64,000 nt of DNA from Paragordius varius (GCA_964247055.1 OZ176056.1:4340001-4404000), one strand, 5' to 3'; positions 45,026-56,981 are shown, numbered from the stretch's first letter. The notes: a model not told the origin generated them from the sequence alone. Numbers and translations: made by a program.

Positions 45026-48000
45026 ACACTAAAAATATCACGGCAGAGGTTGAAAAATGGATTCAGGATAAAAATATATCGGAAAATATTCCCGGTCAGC
45101 ATTTGTAATTTTTGTGATTCATTGGCCAAATTTATATAATTTACTAAACATTTTATCTCTGAATAATTTTAGAATTTAACTATACAAAGTTATTGATCAT
45201 GGCACCCAAAGATAAAACAAAAGGTTTATAAATTTTGTATAATGAATTCATGAAAAATGGAAATTCCTTAAAATTTAAATCTTTCTATTATTTTATACCA
45301 ATTCAGCCTTGTGATTTGTCCAATATAACTCGTATCTCTATAAATTTGTTAACAAAAAATAAATTAATATATTAATTTGATAAATTTATATCCGGGGTTT
45401 TCAAATGTCTTTGGATTATATAATTTTCATAGGTCTTATTATGATACCCATTTTTTCAATTTAGCCTTTGTTCAAAATTAAATGTTCCCTTAATTTTTTG
45501 CAATTCATTAGAAAGACAAAATATATATTTAAAGCAATTTCGTCCATATATATTTTTTAGAGATATCCGATATAGTGGCAAACATATCCCATGCTTCCAG
45601 TGTCAATGTTTCTCAAGATACAAATACGCATGGTTTATTGACAATCTATAATTATATATTTTATTTTTTATTTAATTATATTTTATCAAAAGTAGACGTT
45701 GTTTTAGGTAAATTTTGGTTATAACATGCTTAAACTTACTGATATAGTATTGCAAATCGGTAATTTCTTTCATTCACATATAGATCAATGGTGTTAAACA
45801 CGTGGCTTGCGATAAATTTCAAAACAAAATTTTACGAAATCTATTTTCTTCAAATTTTGAATTTCCTAAATTTGGCAATTAACTAACCAAAAAATGTTAA
45901 AATAAATAGTTGTTTTTGTCGACTTAAGTCTAAAAACCAATAAAATATTCGTTGATGCCCATATATTTTACAAATGCGGCCCGCCTGATTTTTTGTTTTT
46001 AAGTTCGGTCCCTGAAGCCATTTGTGCTAGACACCCCTGATATATAAATTGTGTGCTAAATTTCAAACCTTTTTAACGTTTTAAAACGCTAAATTTTGTG
46101 ATAGAATGCTTCTCGCAATTTTAAATTTAAAATGTAGATCTTGTAAGATATAAGAAATACAATTATAAAATATTCAGTACTCAATTTTATTATATATGTT
46201 TTATTTTTTTAGTTTAAGGTTTTTTACTTGATATTTTTTATAAAGTGGTACTAAGATTATATTAATAAATCTGGGTTCTAGGAGGTGTGTGAAACTCTAT
46301 ACACATAATTATAAAATAGCTATATATAAAATATTTTAGGTGGATACTCAGGTAAATAATATTGCAACCATATCGTTATTTATTATTTAACTATTCATTC
46401 ATTAATTTCTGTATATTGCTTTTGAAAGGTTATTTAAAATTCATACTGTTTTCATGATTGAAGATAGATATTAACATTTAATATACCATTTACAAGTTTA
46501 AATTCACCCTTGAACAATTCAATCGAACAATTCAAATTCTCCCTTGAACAATTCAAATTAACCCTAAAAAAGAGTTATCTGTTTTCGAAATAATATAACT
46601 CTTTATTAATATGAAATATATCTTTGTGGCATAGTTTACTATTTTTCAGTATTATTTTAATTTAAAACAAAATTTTATTTTTGAAAATATATAAAAATAT
46701 AGGTAATTTTTAATTTTAAAAAACATATAATTTATTTGAGGGTGAATTTAAATTGTTCGAGGGTCCATTTGAATTGTTTAAGGGTGAATATGAATTGTAA
46801 ATGGTATATTTACAATTTAACTTTTGCATATAATGTTAATATTTATTACCTAAGTAATATTAGAAAATATATCCTATAACCTATGATAAATTGCATATTT
46901 TTTTACAGTCATTGGCATGTTGTCTTGTGCAATAGGAGCAAAATTAGCTATGGATTCAACAATTACTACAATAAGTGCTCCAAGTATAAATCCTTTTACA
47001 GTAAAAATTAAAATTATACGATCAACATACGTAAAAATATAAAGACAAATATTTTTATATAAAAGACAAACCATACTTTTTGAAACCCTAACTTTTTCCT
47101 ATGTAAGTTATTTAGTTACAATAGTAAAATGATATTTTGTTGGTAACATATGTCTATCATGCCATTTTAATCAAGTAATATTTAAATATCAAGATAAGTG
47201 TCATTGTCTTTTAGAAAAAAATATTCGTCTTTATATTTTTATGTTTGTCCGTATACTTTCAATTACTGTAAAATCTATGCTGTACATAATTCTGAACCTA
47301 ATCAACACAGCAAATATTAGACGAAGAAATTTTAAGTTTTGTAAATTTATAAACTATATGAGAAAACCCTGTGAATATAATTAGTATGTCAGGCGTCGTT
47401 AAAACGCTTGCTTTTGTATGCGGACTCTAAGATCAATGGATAAATAAAATAAATGTATGGTTTTAAGATTTTAACGATTAGTATATTGATTGAAAGAAAT
47501 CTGTAACTTTTGTTTTGTTTAAAATTTTTTGCAGAGTTAAATTTAAAAAATGTTTAACATTTATTTATACATATTTTACACTTTTCAATCGGTTGATATA
47601 ATTTTTTATTCCGATATAATTATTTTGATTAATTTATTTTGGGTATTTATTATACATTTTGATGGTTGTTTATTTCACACTATAGTAGGGCAATTTGCAA
47701 CACAGTAGTTTAATATAAAAAAAGACAGGAAATAATTGTTTATTCAACAATTTGTTGTTTTTTCAATTAACTATTGTTTTGCGAATTGCCTTACTATATG
47801 GTGAAATAAGCAACCATTAAAATGCATACTGTATTATCGGTTATATTACATCTAATGTTTTCTAAGCTAGTCATAATCAGTAAAATCCCAAATATATCGG
47901 TGAAAAATTTACATTACAAAGTGATGTTATTTAAGTTAAAAAATTTAAAACATTTGGCCTAAATTCGATTAATATAGTTTATGCCATTATGTTTTTTGCT

Positions 48001-50565
48001 AAGAAAGGAAAACAAAATTTTTCTAAAATATATATATATTTTAAAAATTCGAAAAAAAAATTATGGTTCAAATGTTTAAAGCTAAAGAAACCTAAAGTAG
48101 TTAGAGAATAAATAAAAACTCGCATAGAAGTAATTTTTAGGGCCATGTGAATGAGCCAATTTTCAAGCTCATTCACCTGGATTATGGATTATGAGGAAGC
48201 ATATGTTTGAGGGAGGTGATTGAGTTTTTGAGGTGGGAGTTTTGAAAATTTTTATCAGTATGATGGATAACAGTTCTACACGCGATTTAGGTTATTTTGT
48301 TCAAATAATTTATAGATATCCATTCATCTTTATGATCCGTAAATAAATTCAGCAATGACAAAAAGCTTAAGGTCTGGGAGGCTTTAGCCGAAGAAATGAT
48401 CAATATTTAAATTGGGCAATCACAAAAACATTAGAATCGAGATTGAAAAGAACGGAAGACAAAATGCTATATAATGATAAATTCTACCATTGAACTAGAA
48501 CCAATAACAGCTTTTATCAGAATAGACTTCGGTATTTTGGACACATAGACAGATCCAGTATAGACTCACCTGCAAAAGAAATTCTTGATTTACAGATCCC
48601 TGCCCTTAACCGAAAAGGGAGGTCTAAACAACTGACTCAAATCATAGAACAAGACTTTAAATTCCTGAACATACCTCGAAACGCAACAAATGATAGAGAC
48701 ATATATCGTAAATTAATCCTTGGAATCCCAATAACTGGGCCAAACCAATAATACATTTATAAAATATATTCATTTATTGTGTAAAAATAAATTATAAATA
48801 AAATTATGTCAAATTAATTCTTTTTTCCGATCTACTCCTGTCTGATGGCTATTCAATATAGGTGTTGTCTGCTCTTCTGATAAAAGTTTGCTAACTCATT
48901 TTCGTCAATGTTACCTATCGCTTTTATAGAAATATGTATTACCGAATACTCCGATTATCATTAGTAAGTAGCAGAGTTTCATGTCTAAAATAAACCAAAT
49001 TTAAAATACTCGATAGTATTCCTGATTATTTTACCATTTAGAATGGTTTCTTCTAAATTCTTGAAAAAACATATCAGTAGTTATACAATGATTTTCTAAA
49101 TATTCAGTAAACTTGATTATAAACTCGAACTAACTACCATTTCTTGCCTAAATATATAAAAATAAATCATCTAACCTTTAGTACGCATTTGCCCGAAAAA
49201 TATTTTTTAATCCATGTCCAAAATTTCCAAAACCTACCATATACATATATTAAATATACTTTATTAAGGCATATACAGTTTGCAGATTCCAAAAATTCTT
49301 CCTAGTTCTCGAGATATCGGCTTTTGTAACAAGCTTAATCCTGAAAAAACCAGGATTAAAAATTCCTCCATCTCAACAGGATGAGCGAGGCTCATTCACC
49401 TGGATCATTAAAAGTGGTGAATGAGCCTGTTCAATTGGCTCATTCACATGGGCCTTAATGTAAAAGGTTACCTGTGAAATTATTTTTTATCCGCCATATT
49501 GGAATCATCACACAATCTTTTATTATTTTAGTTTTTTGCGCTTCTAAGACATACCATTAACAATTCAAATTGACCCTTAAACAATTCAAATTGACCCTTA
49601 TACAATTCATCACCCTTGAACAATTCAAATGTACCCTCGAATAATTTAAATTTACCCTAAAAGAAATTATGTGTTTAAAATAAAAATTACATATTTCTTT
49701 ATATATTTAATAAAAATACGTTTAAAATTAAATTGAAAAAAAAACTAAGCCACATATATGTTACTGATGATATATATTAGCCCGAAAACACATAATTTAT
49801 TTTTAGGGTGAATTTGAATTGTTGAAGATGGAATATATATTAGCACATCTCATATTTTAAGTTAAAAGCGGAAAATAATGATGATGTTCAATATTTTTCA
49901 ATTTTTCAAAGTGCTCATAAAAAATTCTATTGTAACTGATTGGACTCGTTAGGGTGCATATATCTTTCCAAAGATTAGATATGTTTGTAAACAACATATT
50001 TTTAATTTGTCAACAAAATACATTAAAAAATATATAAACTAAAGCGTTTTTAGTTATCATTTTTTGCAATTTTAGGTTCAATAGCACTGAACACAATTGG
50101 TTCACAAGTACCGTCATCCGTTTCATCACACAGTTAGTCAACATTTTGTAACGTAGTACAAATTTTAAATAAAACAAAATAACCAAATTTACAGTACTGG
50201 AAAGAGTAATCTTTTCTCGGGAGTCGTAACTTTCCAAAATAAAATATTTAGGCCGCAAATTTTGTTAAACTAATGCTTTTATATCATATGTAGTATGTTG
50301 GAGTGTTGAAATATATTCAACTTTTTAAATTAATTTCAACCAGCTTGGCAGGTGCCAAAAGGCTATAAATTTAGCTATTTATCAAAAATAGGTTTTGTTA
50401 ATCGTCCCTCATTCATCCAAAATTTTTTTTGATTAGCGACAGAAAAGACCTATTCTTTTGTGAAGAGGAATATAGAAATTAGGTTCCTATGGTATTTATC
50501 ATGATAATTAAATTTTACTGAAACGTTTACGACTGGTTGGTTAAAAATAGCAGTTTCTGGCAAAG

Positions 50566-50621
<56 letters not shown>

Positions 50622-51349
50622 AAAATTGAGATTATACGGACAAAACGTAAAAATATAAAAACATTTTTTTTTCAAAAGACAACCACTTTAACCTTAATTT
50701 ATCTAATAAAAAATAATCACATTCGTTAAATACATATTTGATTATGTTACCAATATAAATCTCTATTTCATACTTTACAGTTTAAAACAAAGAATCATAT
50801 TTAAGCAACTTAACATTCAAAATATGGTTGGTTGTCTTTTAGAAAATAATATTTGTCTTTATAATATTAAGTTTTGTCCGTATAATTTCAATTTGTACAA
50901 TATATATATAATAATATAAAATTGCAGTTAACATATAAATAAAATTTATTTTGCATTTTATTATCTTATAATGTATTTCCAGGGATTTACTAATATATTT
51001 ATTTTCTTAACATAATCACACCGTTTTAAAAATTATCTCTTAAAAAGAGTGTTTTATTGTTATATAATTTTAGGTCAATCTTTACCTTCGTTTTCATCGT
51101 CCAATTCGCTTCCGTCTTTACGAGAAACTGGGTTAACTGGATCCATACCCAATTTGGGGGCAACAAATATGGCCGGTTTAGTTGGTTCCATAGCCAGTTT
51201 GGGGGGATCAATTAGTGTGGGCGCTATTTCGCAAGCCTCGTCTTTAGGGTTAAGTTCGTTTGAAACTCAATCTGCAAACACGCTTGATTTTGATTCCCTA
51301 GAATCAGTCTCAGAATCAGATGTTAGTGAAATCACGGAAAATACGGATG
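45026..51349 (+). CDS. Middle exons of the micro-exon locus (phase 1-1, lengths divisible by 3)
   Basis: Well supported: 45026-45094 (69 nt), 45173-45223 (51), 45561-45632 (72), 50076-50132 (57), 51074-51349 (276, Ser/Gly-rich then acidic). Tentative: 45696-45707 (12), 45748-45759 (12), 45910-45927 (18), 46340-46351 (12), 46909-46983 (75), 50483-50491 (9). Connectivity is inferred only. Confidence 0.6.
46481..46809. mobile_element. Foldback-type MITE family 1 (type copy)
   Basis: TIR ATATACCATTTACAA / TTGTAAATGGTATAT. The arms are built from tandem 21-bp AATTCAAATTCACCCTTGAAC units. Confidence 0.8.
47660..47817. repeat. Short hairpin element (MITE-like)
   Basis: ATGGTTGTTTATTTCACACTATAGTAGGGCAATTTGCAA / TTGCGAATTGCCTTACTATATGGTGAAATAAGCAACCAT. 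Confidence 0.6.
48140..49454 (+). mobile_element. PIF/Harbinger-type non-autonomous element with a MADF-like remnant
   Basis: TIRs GGGCCATGTGAATGAGCCAAT / ATTGGCTCATTCACATGGGCC flanked by TTA on both sides, with internal repeats of CTCATTCACCTGGAT. Remnant peptide NKFSNDKKLKVWEALAEEM at about 48.34-48.40 kb resembles a MADF domain. Confidence 0.7.
48430..48755 (+). mobile_element. 5'-truncated RTE-like LINE 3' end nested in the Harbinger-type element
   Basis: QNRLRYFGHIDRSSIDSPAKEILDLQIPALNRKGRSKQLTQIIEQDFKFLNIPRNATNDRDIYRKLI matches the RLRWxGHVxR...GRP...W...DR..WR C-terminus of RTE-clade ORFs. It ends in a TAATAA tail. Confidence 0.8.
49551..49836. mobile_element. MITE family 1 copy
   Basis: ATACCATTAACAATTCAAATTGACCCTT... 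with five units on the left arm. Confidence 0.7.
50567..50618. repeat. (TA)26 microsatellite
   Basis: Read directly from the sequence. Confidence 0.95.
50619..50897. mobile_element. MITE family 3 (TATACGGACAAAAC...AAAAGACAACC arms) inserted at a (TA)n tract
   Basis: Inverted arms at 50619-50690 and 50825-50897. Related remnants lie at about 4010, 13620-13820, 16100-16330, 22030-22320 and 47020-47285. Confidence 0.65.
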
Positions 51350-51949
51350 GTAAGGATAAAGAATGTCATTCTATTTTTTTCCTCATAAACGATCTGAAAT
51401 AACATTATTATTCAACTTAGAGTACTTGTAAACGTGATTATTGTACTTAAATTTACTTATAACTTACTTTTAGACCTAAAATAAGTATATGGTAGCAGAT
51501 TGATGGTTTAAAATAATTTTATTATCCTTTAATTACATTTCGGCTGTTATGGAGTATGTATTTTATAAAAAAATAATAATTTAAATTTATTTGAATGACT
51601 AAAACTGCCTGTATTCAAATCTGCATTAAAACCTACACAATTATTAAATTGATTAATTATTGCTGAGAGATTTTTCTCAGTTGTTTAAGAGATGAATCCT
51701 CCTTCAAGCTAGTAACTCAAATTTACAAATATATAAAAACAAAAGATAAATATTATACTTCATAATTTGCCAATTCTGGGATGTGTCTGTCTGTTTGATC
51801 TATTAGATTTTATATACCTGGCCTATAAAGAAGTTTTTACCAATTTTCGGTAAATACATACGTAATTTAAAATATTAATTTAAATTTCATTAAAAATATT
51901 GTACATAGGCTTCTACACATTTCCCCATCTCTTAGGTAATATATGAATG

Positions 51950-52790
51950 CTACTCAAAAACTGATTGTCTTTTGCAAAAAACCATTCGTCATTTCATTTT
52001 CTAACTTGATTGAAGTGCTGCTCTACGACGGTGTCCCATTGATGCGAAGTTTATTAATCAAATGGCGCCAGGCCAGGAGAGTTTAATTGATGCGAAAAAT
52101 TCCCTTCAAAGCGATTTTGAGGTGTCTTTCACTGGTTTTGTAGTGTGCGACGAAGCGTAGAACAAATTTAAGAGAATTCAAAAAGTTTATAATACACAAT
52201 CCCGCTCTTTTCCGACACAGAGCATGGTTTTCCTGCTGAAGTGATTTGGCCTGTGGATACAGCTTGACAAAACAAAAGCCACGACCTTTCCGCTTTGGTT
52301 TTATAAAATAAAGCTATTACTCGTCGCCTGTCTTAATTTGATTCAAAAATAATTTCTTTAAGACGTTTTGAAGAAGGATTTCACAAGTAATTTAACGATT
52401 TTTATTTAATGTTGATTGATTTATGTAGGACCATCGTGTTTGTTGGTCTTTCCCATTGGTTGTAGAAATCTATTGATTGTTTTTTGTGATACATGTAATG
52501 TTTCTGCCAATTGTTGTAAAGTGTAATTGGGTCTTCATTAACTTGCAATTTAGCTTCGCAGTTATGTGGTCCACCAGAGTGCCTTAAGTCTTCACATAAA
52601 ATCACATTACAATATTTCAAAATATGTTTCACATGTGTGATAGATCATGTTAACCATATATTTCTACCAGCAAACTATAATAAACAGCCTTTTTCTGGAA
52701 ATGCGTGCCGCAAATGTTCCTTTCGAACACAAAGTTCGAAGTAATTACTGAATGATAAAATAAGTCGCTAAATTTTGATAAACTCTTGTC
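51950..52790 (-). mobile_element. Mariner (IS630-Tc1-mariner) transposase relic inside an intron of the micro-exon locus
   Basis: Frame-broken motifs on the minus strand: EDLRHSGGP (compare ED..RSGRP), FLNQIKTGDE...KPKRK (compare FL.RIVTGDEKW...NPKRK), KTMLC...GIVYYKL and NSPGLAPFD (compare YSPDLAPSD). TIRs were not resolved. Confidence 0.8.
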
Positions 52791-53446
52791 GTTTAATGTT
52801 AGATGAATAAAAATTGCATTAATCGTCTGCTTACTTTTCTATCTTCTCTCAATTAAACCGGTAACTTAGGAATACTTTTGGAAGGGGGAATAAAGATTAG
52901 AATCTCAAAATGAGTACCCACTATATTAGGATATAATTAACTAATAACTAGTTACAACAGCTGACTATAACTTGAACTGAAAGATTTTTATATTTAAGGA
53001 GATTTAGCTTTTTTAACTGTTTAGTTTTTAACATGCGTAAAAGCAAATTTTTGGGTTGATATTAGTTTAAATATAAAATTGCTAATTTTTAGTAAATAAT
53101 TTCGTTAATTGCAGCATATAATTTCAATAATTATACATGCCCACCTAGAAAAATTTTGTTTGGTTTTAATTATAAATACATAAATGTTATTCAATAATAA
53201 TTATGATAGTAAATAAATTTTAAACTTTATAAATTTCAAATTTTGCATTGAATTATTTAAAATTTAGGTTTTGCTGTTTTAAATAAGCATGAGATAAGGG
53301 AGGGATTAAAATTTTAGCTTATTAAGCTATATTAAATTTTGACCGAAGCCTTTCTGATAATATAGAATGATGAATAATCTAAAAAATAATTATTAGTTGA
53401 ATCTTGCATAAATTACCAATTGAACACTAGATATATATAAATCTAG

Positions 53447-56400
53447 TTTCCGTATCGGAACCACCACATGTTTGTAAGTTATTTTTGAAATTAAAATGAA
53501 AACTATCAAGGATTATATTAAAATTTATTGTATGCTAATCGCTCTAGCCATTTTTATTTATTTTAAATAAACTTAGAAATAATTATATTATATAGTACAA
53601 TTACGAAGGGAGATTGAAGCTTTATGTTAGTTATTAAGTTTTATTAATTTTTAAAGCAAATTATATTGGAGCCAGTTGTAAGATATATATTAATATTTAT
53701 TTTAGTGAATAAATCTTTCCAGAAATTAGTTTTCTGATTTTTAATAAATCCTCTTTTATTAGATCATAGTATGATACGTAATGCCCTAACACGTGGTTAC
53801 AACGGTAATTAAAATTAATTATGAAATTTTATCTAAATCTTTTTATTAAATATTAAATTAATATTAATATTATATATAGCTATATTTAATCAAGGTAAAA
53901 CCGCTATACTTAACATTTTTAATGCATGCCTACTTATTAGCAATCCAATCACCCTATGAAAGTAATTGTATATTAAATAAAATTAATTTTTATAATTTGT
54001 TAACAAAATGTAATTGGTTACATTTATTTTTTTGTAGTTTTTCAACAACACGGTACGTTTTAGTTCGATAGAGTTAATTAAAATTAAACATTCAATATAA
54101 AATAAAAGACAATTTTTTTTGAAAAGCCAACCATACTTTTTTAAACAACTTTACTTAATTAAATGTAACTCATCGTTTTGGAATGTAAACTAGGGGATAA
54201 ATATGTAAATTAATGCATTCAATTATTACAAATAAATTTGTGATTATATAATTTAAAGTTTTATCCTTTCAAATCAAATATTTATTTTTTAGTTTAAAAA
54301 TTTTATCTCTATAATTTAAATTATTACTGTAATTTTAAATACTCGTTTAATTATTAAATTTTATCATATTAACGCGATAATAACTTTATTAATTTCTTAA
54401 ATAAATATACCATTTACAGTTCAATTCAATACACCCTTAAATAATTCAAATATACTTTCGACCATTTCAAATTACCCTTAATCAATTTAAATTCACCCTA
54501 AAAATAAATTATGTGTTTTCGAACTAATATTACTCATTATTAATATGAATTATATCTTTATGGCATAGTTTATTATTTTTTCAGTATTATTATAATTTAA
54601 AACAAAATTTTATTTATTAAAAATATAAAAATATAGGTAATTTTTAATCTATAAATATATGAGTTATTTGAGGGCGAATTTGAATTATAAATGGTATATT
54701 TCAGATAATACATTTGATATTACAGTAATAGATATACTTTGCTAGAAAGTTAATTATTGCCAAATAGTAAATACAACAAAGGATGTTATTGGCTTATAGT
54801 TAATTTTTTCACTTTTTAAAATTATTAACCAATAATACTGCCCTTTGTTGTATTTACTATTTGGCAATAATCAATAACTTTCTAGCAATGTATACTTACT
54901 CATACTGAAATTTTAAATGTATAATACCATATCTGGCTTTAATTACGAGATATATATAAAAAACCTTGCATAATAAATTTGGATTTAATATTTTTCAAAA
55001 AAATGTATTAAACCGAGGTAGGACGATAATTTTAAGTACTTGTTCATTTCTAAGACTCGCATTTTTTAATTTTAAGTGATTTAATTATTATTATTGTAAT
55101 AAACTTGCTTACCATAAAGAGTGTGTTTTTGTTTGTCTTTAAATTTAGCCAACTGAAAACAAAATATTATAAAAGTCATTTGATCTCAAATATGTAAAAT
55201 ATTGAGCAAATAATTAAATTAATGCTTCTGAGTACGGTAAAATTTGACTCTCAAAACGCTTTTTAGATTATCAGCCTAATGTTTATCAGTTGTTGTTGAT
55301 CAATAATCGTTTCTATCAAAATAAGTTTGACCAATATAAAATTTGGCCTAACATTACGCCTAAAATTTTAAGTAGTTAGCTAAAAGGTAAATAGACGTGA
55401 TTATAACGGGTATTATGTAAAACGTAAGTCAATATAAATTGTATTTTGTTATTAGCCAAAATTAAAAATCCGATTAGGTCGAATTATATAATCGCCAAAA
55501 CAAATAATTTTATTTTGTATAAATAATTAAGATGCTTCTAAATATTAATTGGCATTTATTTGGGCATCATAATGAGTTATAAAAATCAAACTTATTATTT
55601 TACTATAGTTTGATTGCAATCATTTAAATTTAGCAATGATTGTATTTGTTTGAAACATGAATTTTCGATTACTACTGATAATCTTTGAAATTTAAAAATA
55701 AAAAAATGGTTGTTCTACACTCACAATTATAAATCAGAGGGTTTTTTTCATCGCTTATAACCGCTTAAAATAATTGGCTTTTATAAATTATTTTTTCCCA
55801 TCTGATTTTATTCGTTTGCCAAAAACATATAAATATTTAAAATACAATCTAGGTGTGAGGGATATGCTGGAACGTATGATTTTTTCATTATTCATTATGT
55901 ACCCAAAATTTAATTTTATGTGTCCAAATTTTGCACATATTAATATTTTAATCGGATTTTACAAGTCCGACTTTTCTTTTATACAATTAATATGTCGACT
56001 ATACTCCCCCTCCCTATAGCCTCTAATTGTGGAAAACATGGGTGATATCCACATCATGCCTTTTTTTAGATATGTAAAATTATTTTTTTTGAAATTTGAA
56101 TTTGTAAATTACAAATATTTCTTTTATTAATTTTGACTAATTTTAAGGATTTTCTACTCCTAGTAAGTTTGTAAGAAGTTATGCTAGTGTGATTATAGCT
56201 CAAAAATTGGGGACTGATATAAAAATCAAAAAATGCATGGATTACCGCGATGTAATTGGTTTATAGGCAATATTTAATTGAAAAATTTATTATAATAGAT
56301 CTTACTTTATATATTAACTTATGAATAATATTATTTAAAAAACATAGTTTATCGTCACTTAAGTAAAATTTTTAATTACATACTACCGCCAATATATTTA

Positions 56401-56981
56401 ATATATTCTCTACATACTACACATATATCTAATTTCAGACACCTTTCAAAGTAAAATATTGTTTTTTATGTGACATTAATATCTTGTCAATTATAGAAGT
56501 TTCCGATGTCGCAGAAGGTTAACAAACTTTATATTTAACTTTTCAGATTTAGTAAGTTTGTCTGAGGGTAAGTGTTTTTGTGCCTATAAATATCATATTA
56601 ATAAATAAGAAATGCAATCTTTCTTGGAAGGTACGATTGATAGATATTATAAAATATAGAGGCTAAACATTTCTCCCAGGGTAAAATTATTAAAAAAAAC
56701 TCATTTTAAACATATAATGAATTTATTATAGCTGAGCCTGAATCATTGTCAGGTAAAATTACTCAAACTAATCAGTAATTTTTTTAGAATTAAAGGATTA
56801 CCTTACAGGTTGGTTTATGATTTCTTTGATAAATTTTTTTATTATATTAATATAATAGAGCGCATTAGTGTCTTTATGAGTATGCAGCATTATCCACAAT
56901 ATTTGAATAATTAAATTGTATAGCTCGTAACAATTTCGGTATCAATCAAATTTTATACATTTAGCGGAAATGGAAAATTAA
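53447..56981 (+). CDS. 3' micro-exon arrays of the locus, ending ...TRNNFAEMEN*
   Basis: Exons 53447-53473 (27), 53596-53625 (30), 53657-53677 (21), 53763-53804 (42), 53880-53894 (15), 53941-53961 (21), 54038-54052 (15), 55267-55371 (105), 55395-55424 (30), 55853-55873 (21), 56439-56450 (12), seven 21-nt exons at 56497-56879, 56924-56938 (15), and terminal exon 56965-56981. All are AG/GT bounded and stop-free in phase 1. AATAAA follows at 57031. Confidence 0.8.
54405..54699. mobile_element. MITE family 1 copy
   Basis: Same TIRs and internal sequence as 46481-46809. Confidence 0.8.
54733..54894. repeat. Short near-perfect hairpin element (MITE-like)
   Basis: TTGCTAGAAAGTT...TTGCCAAATAGTAAATACAACAAAGG / CCTTTGTTGTATTTACTATTTGGCAA...AACTTTCTAGCAA. 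Confidence 0.65.

Larger units (their letters stand above)
40080..45370 (+). repeat. Segmental duplication, copy A (direct repeat of about 59520-64000)
   Basis: Collinear similarity through introns, exons and upstream DNA, with an offset of about 18.6-19.4 kb. Confidence 0.9.

Noticed and set aside
46874-47074. Minus-strand ORF with a hydrophobic stretch (66 aa)
   Set aside because: It is better explained as the antisense shadow of the plus-strand exon at 46909, running into a MITE-3 remnant.
49760-49800. CTGATGA...CGAAA motif resembling a third hammerhead core
   Set aside because: The sequence between the motifs (TATATATTAGCCC) cannot form stem II, and the region is the ordinary core of MITE family 1.
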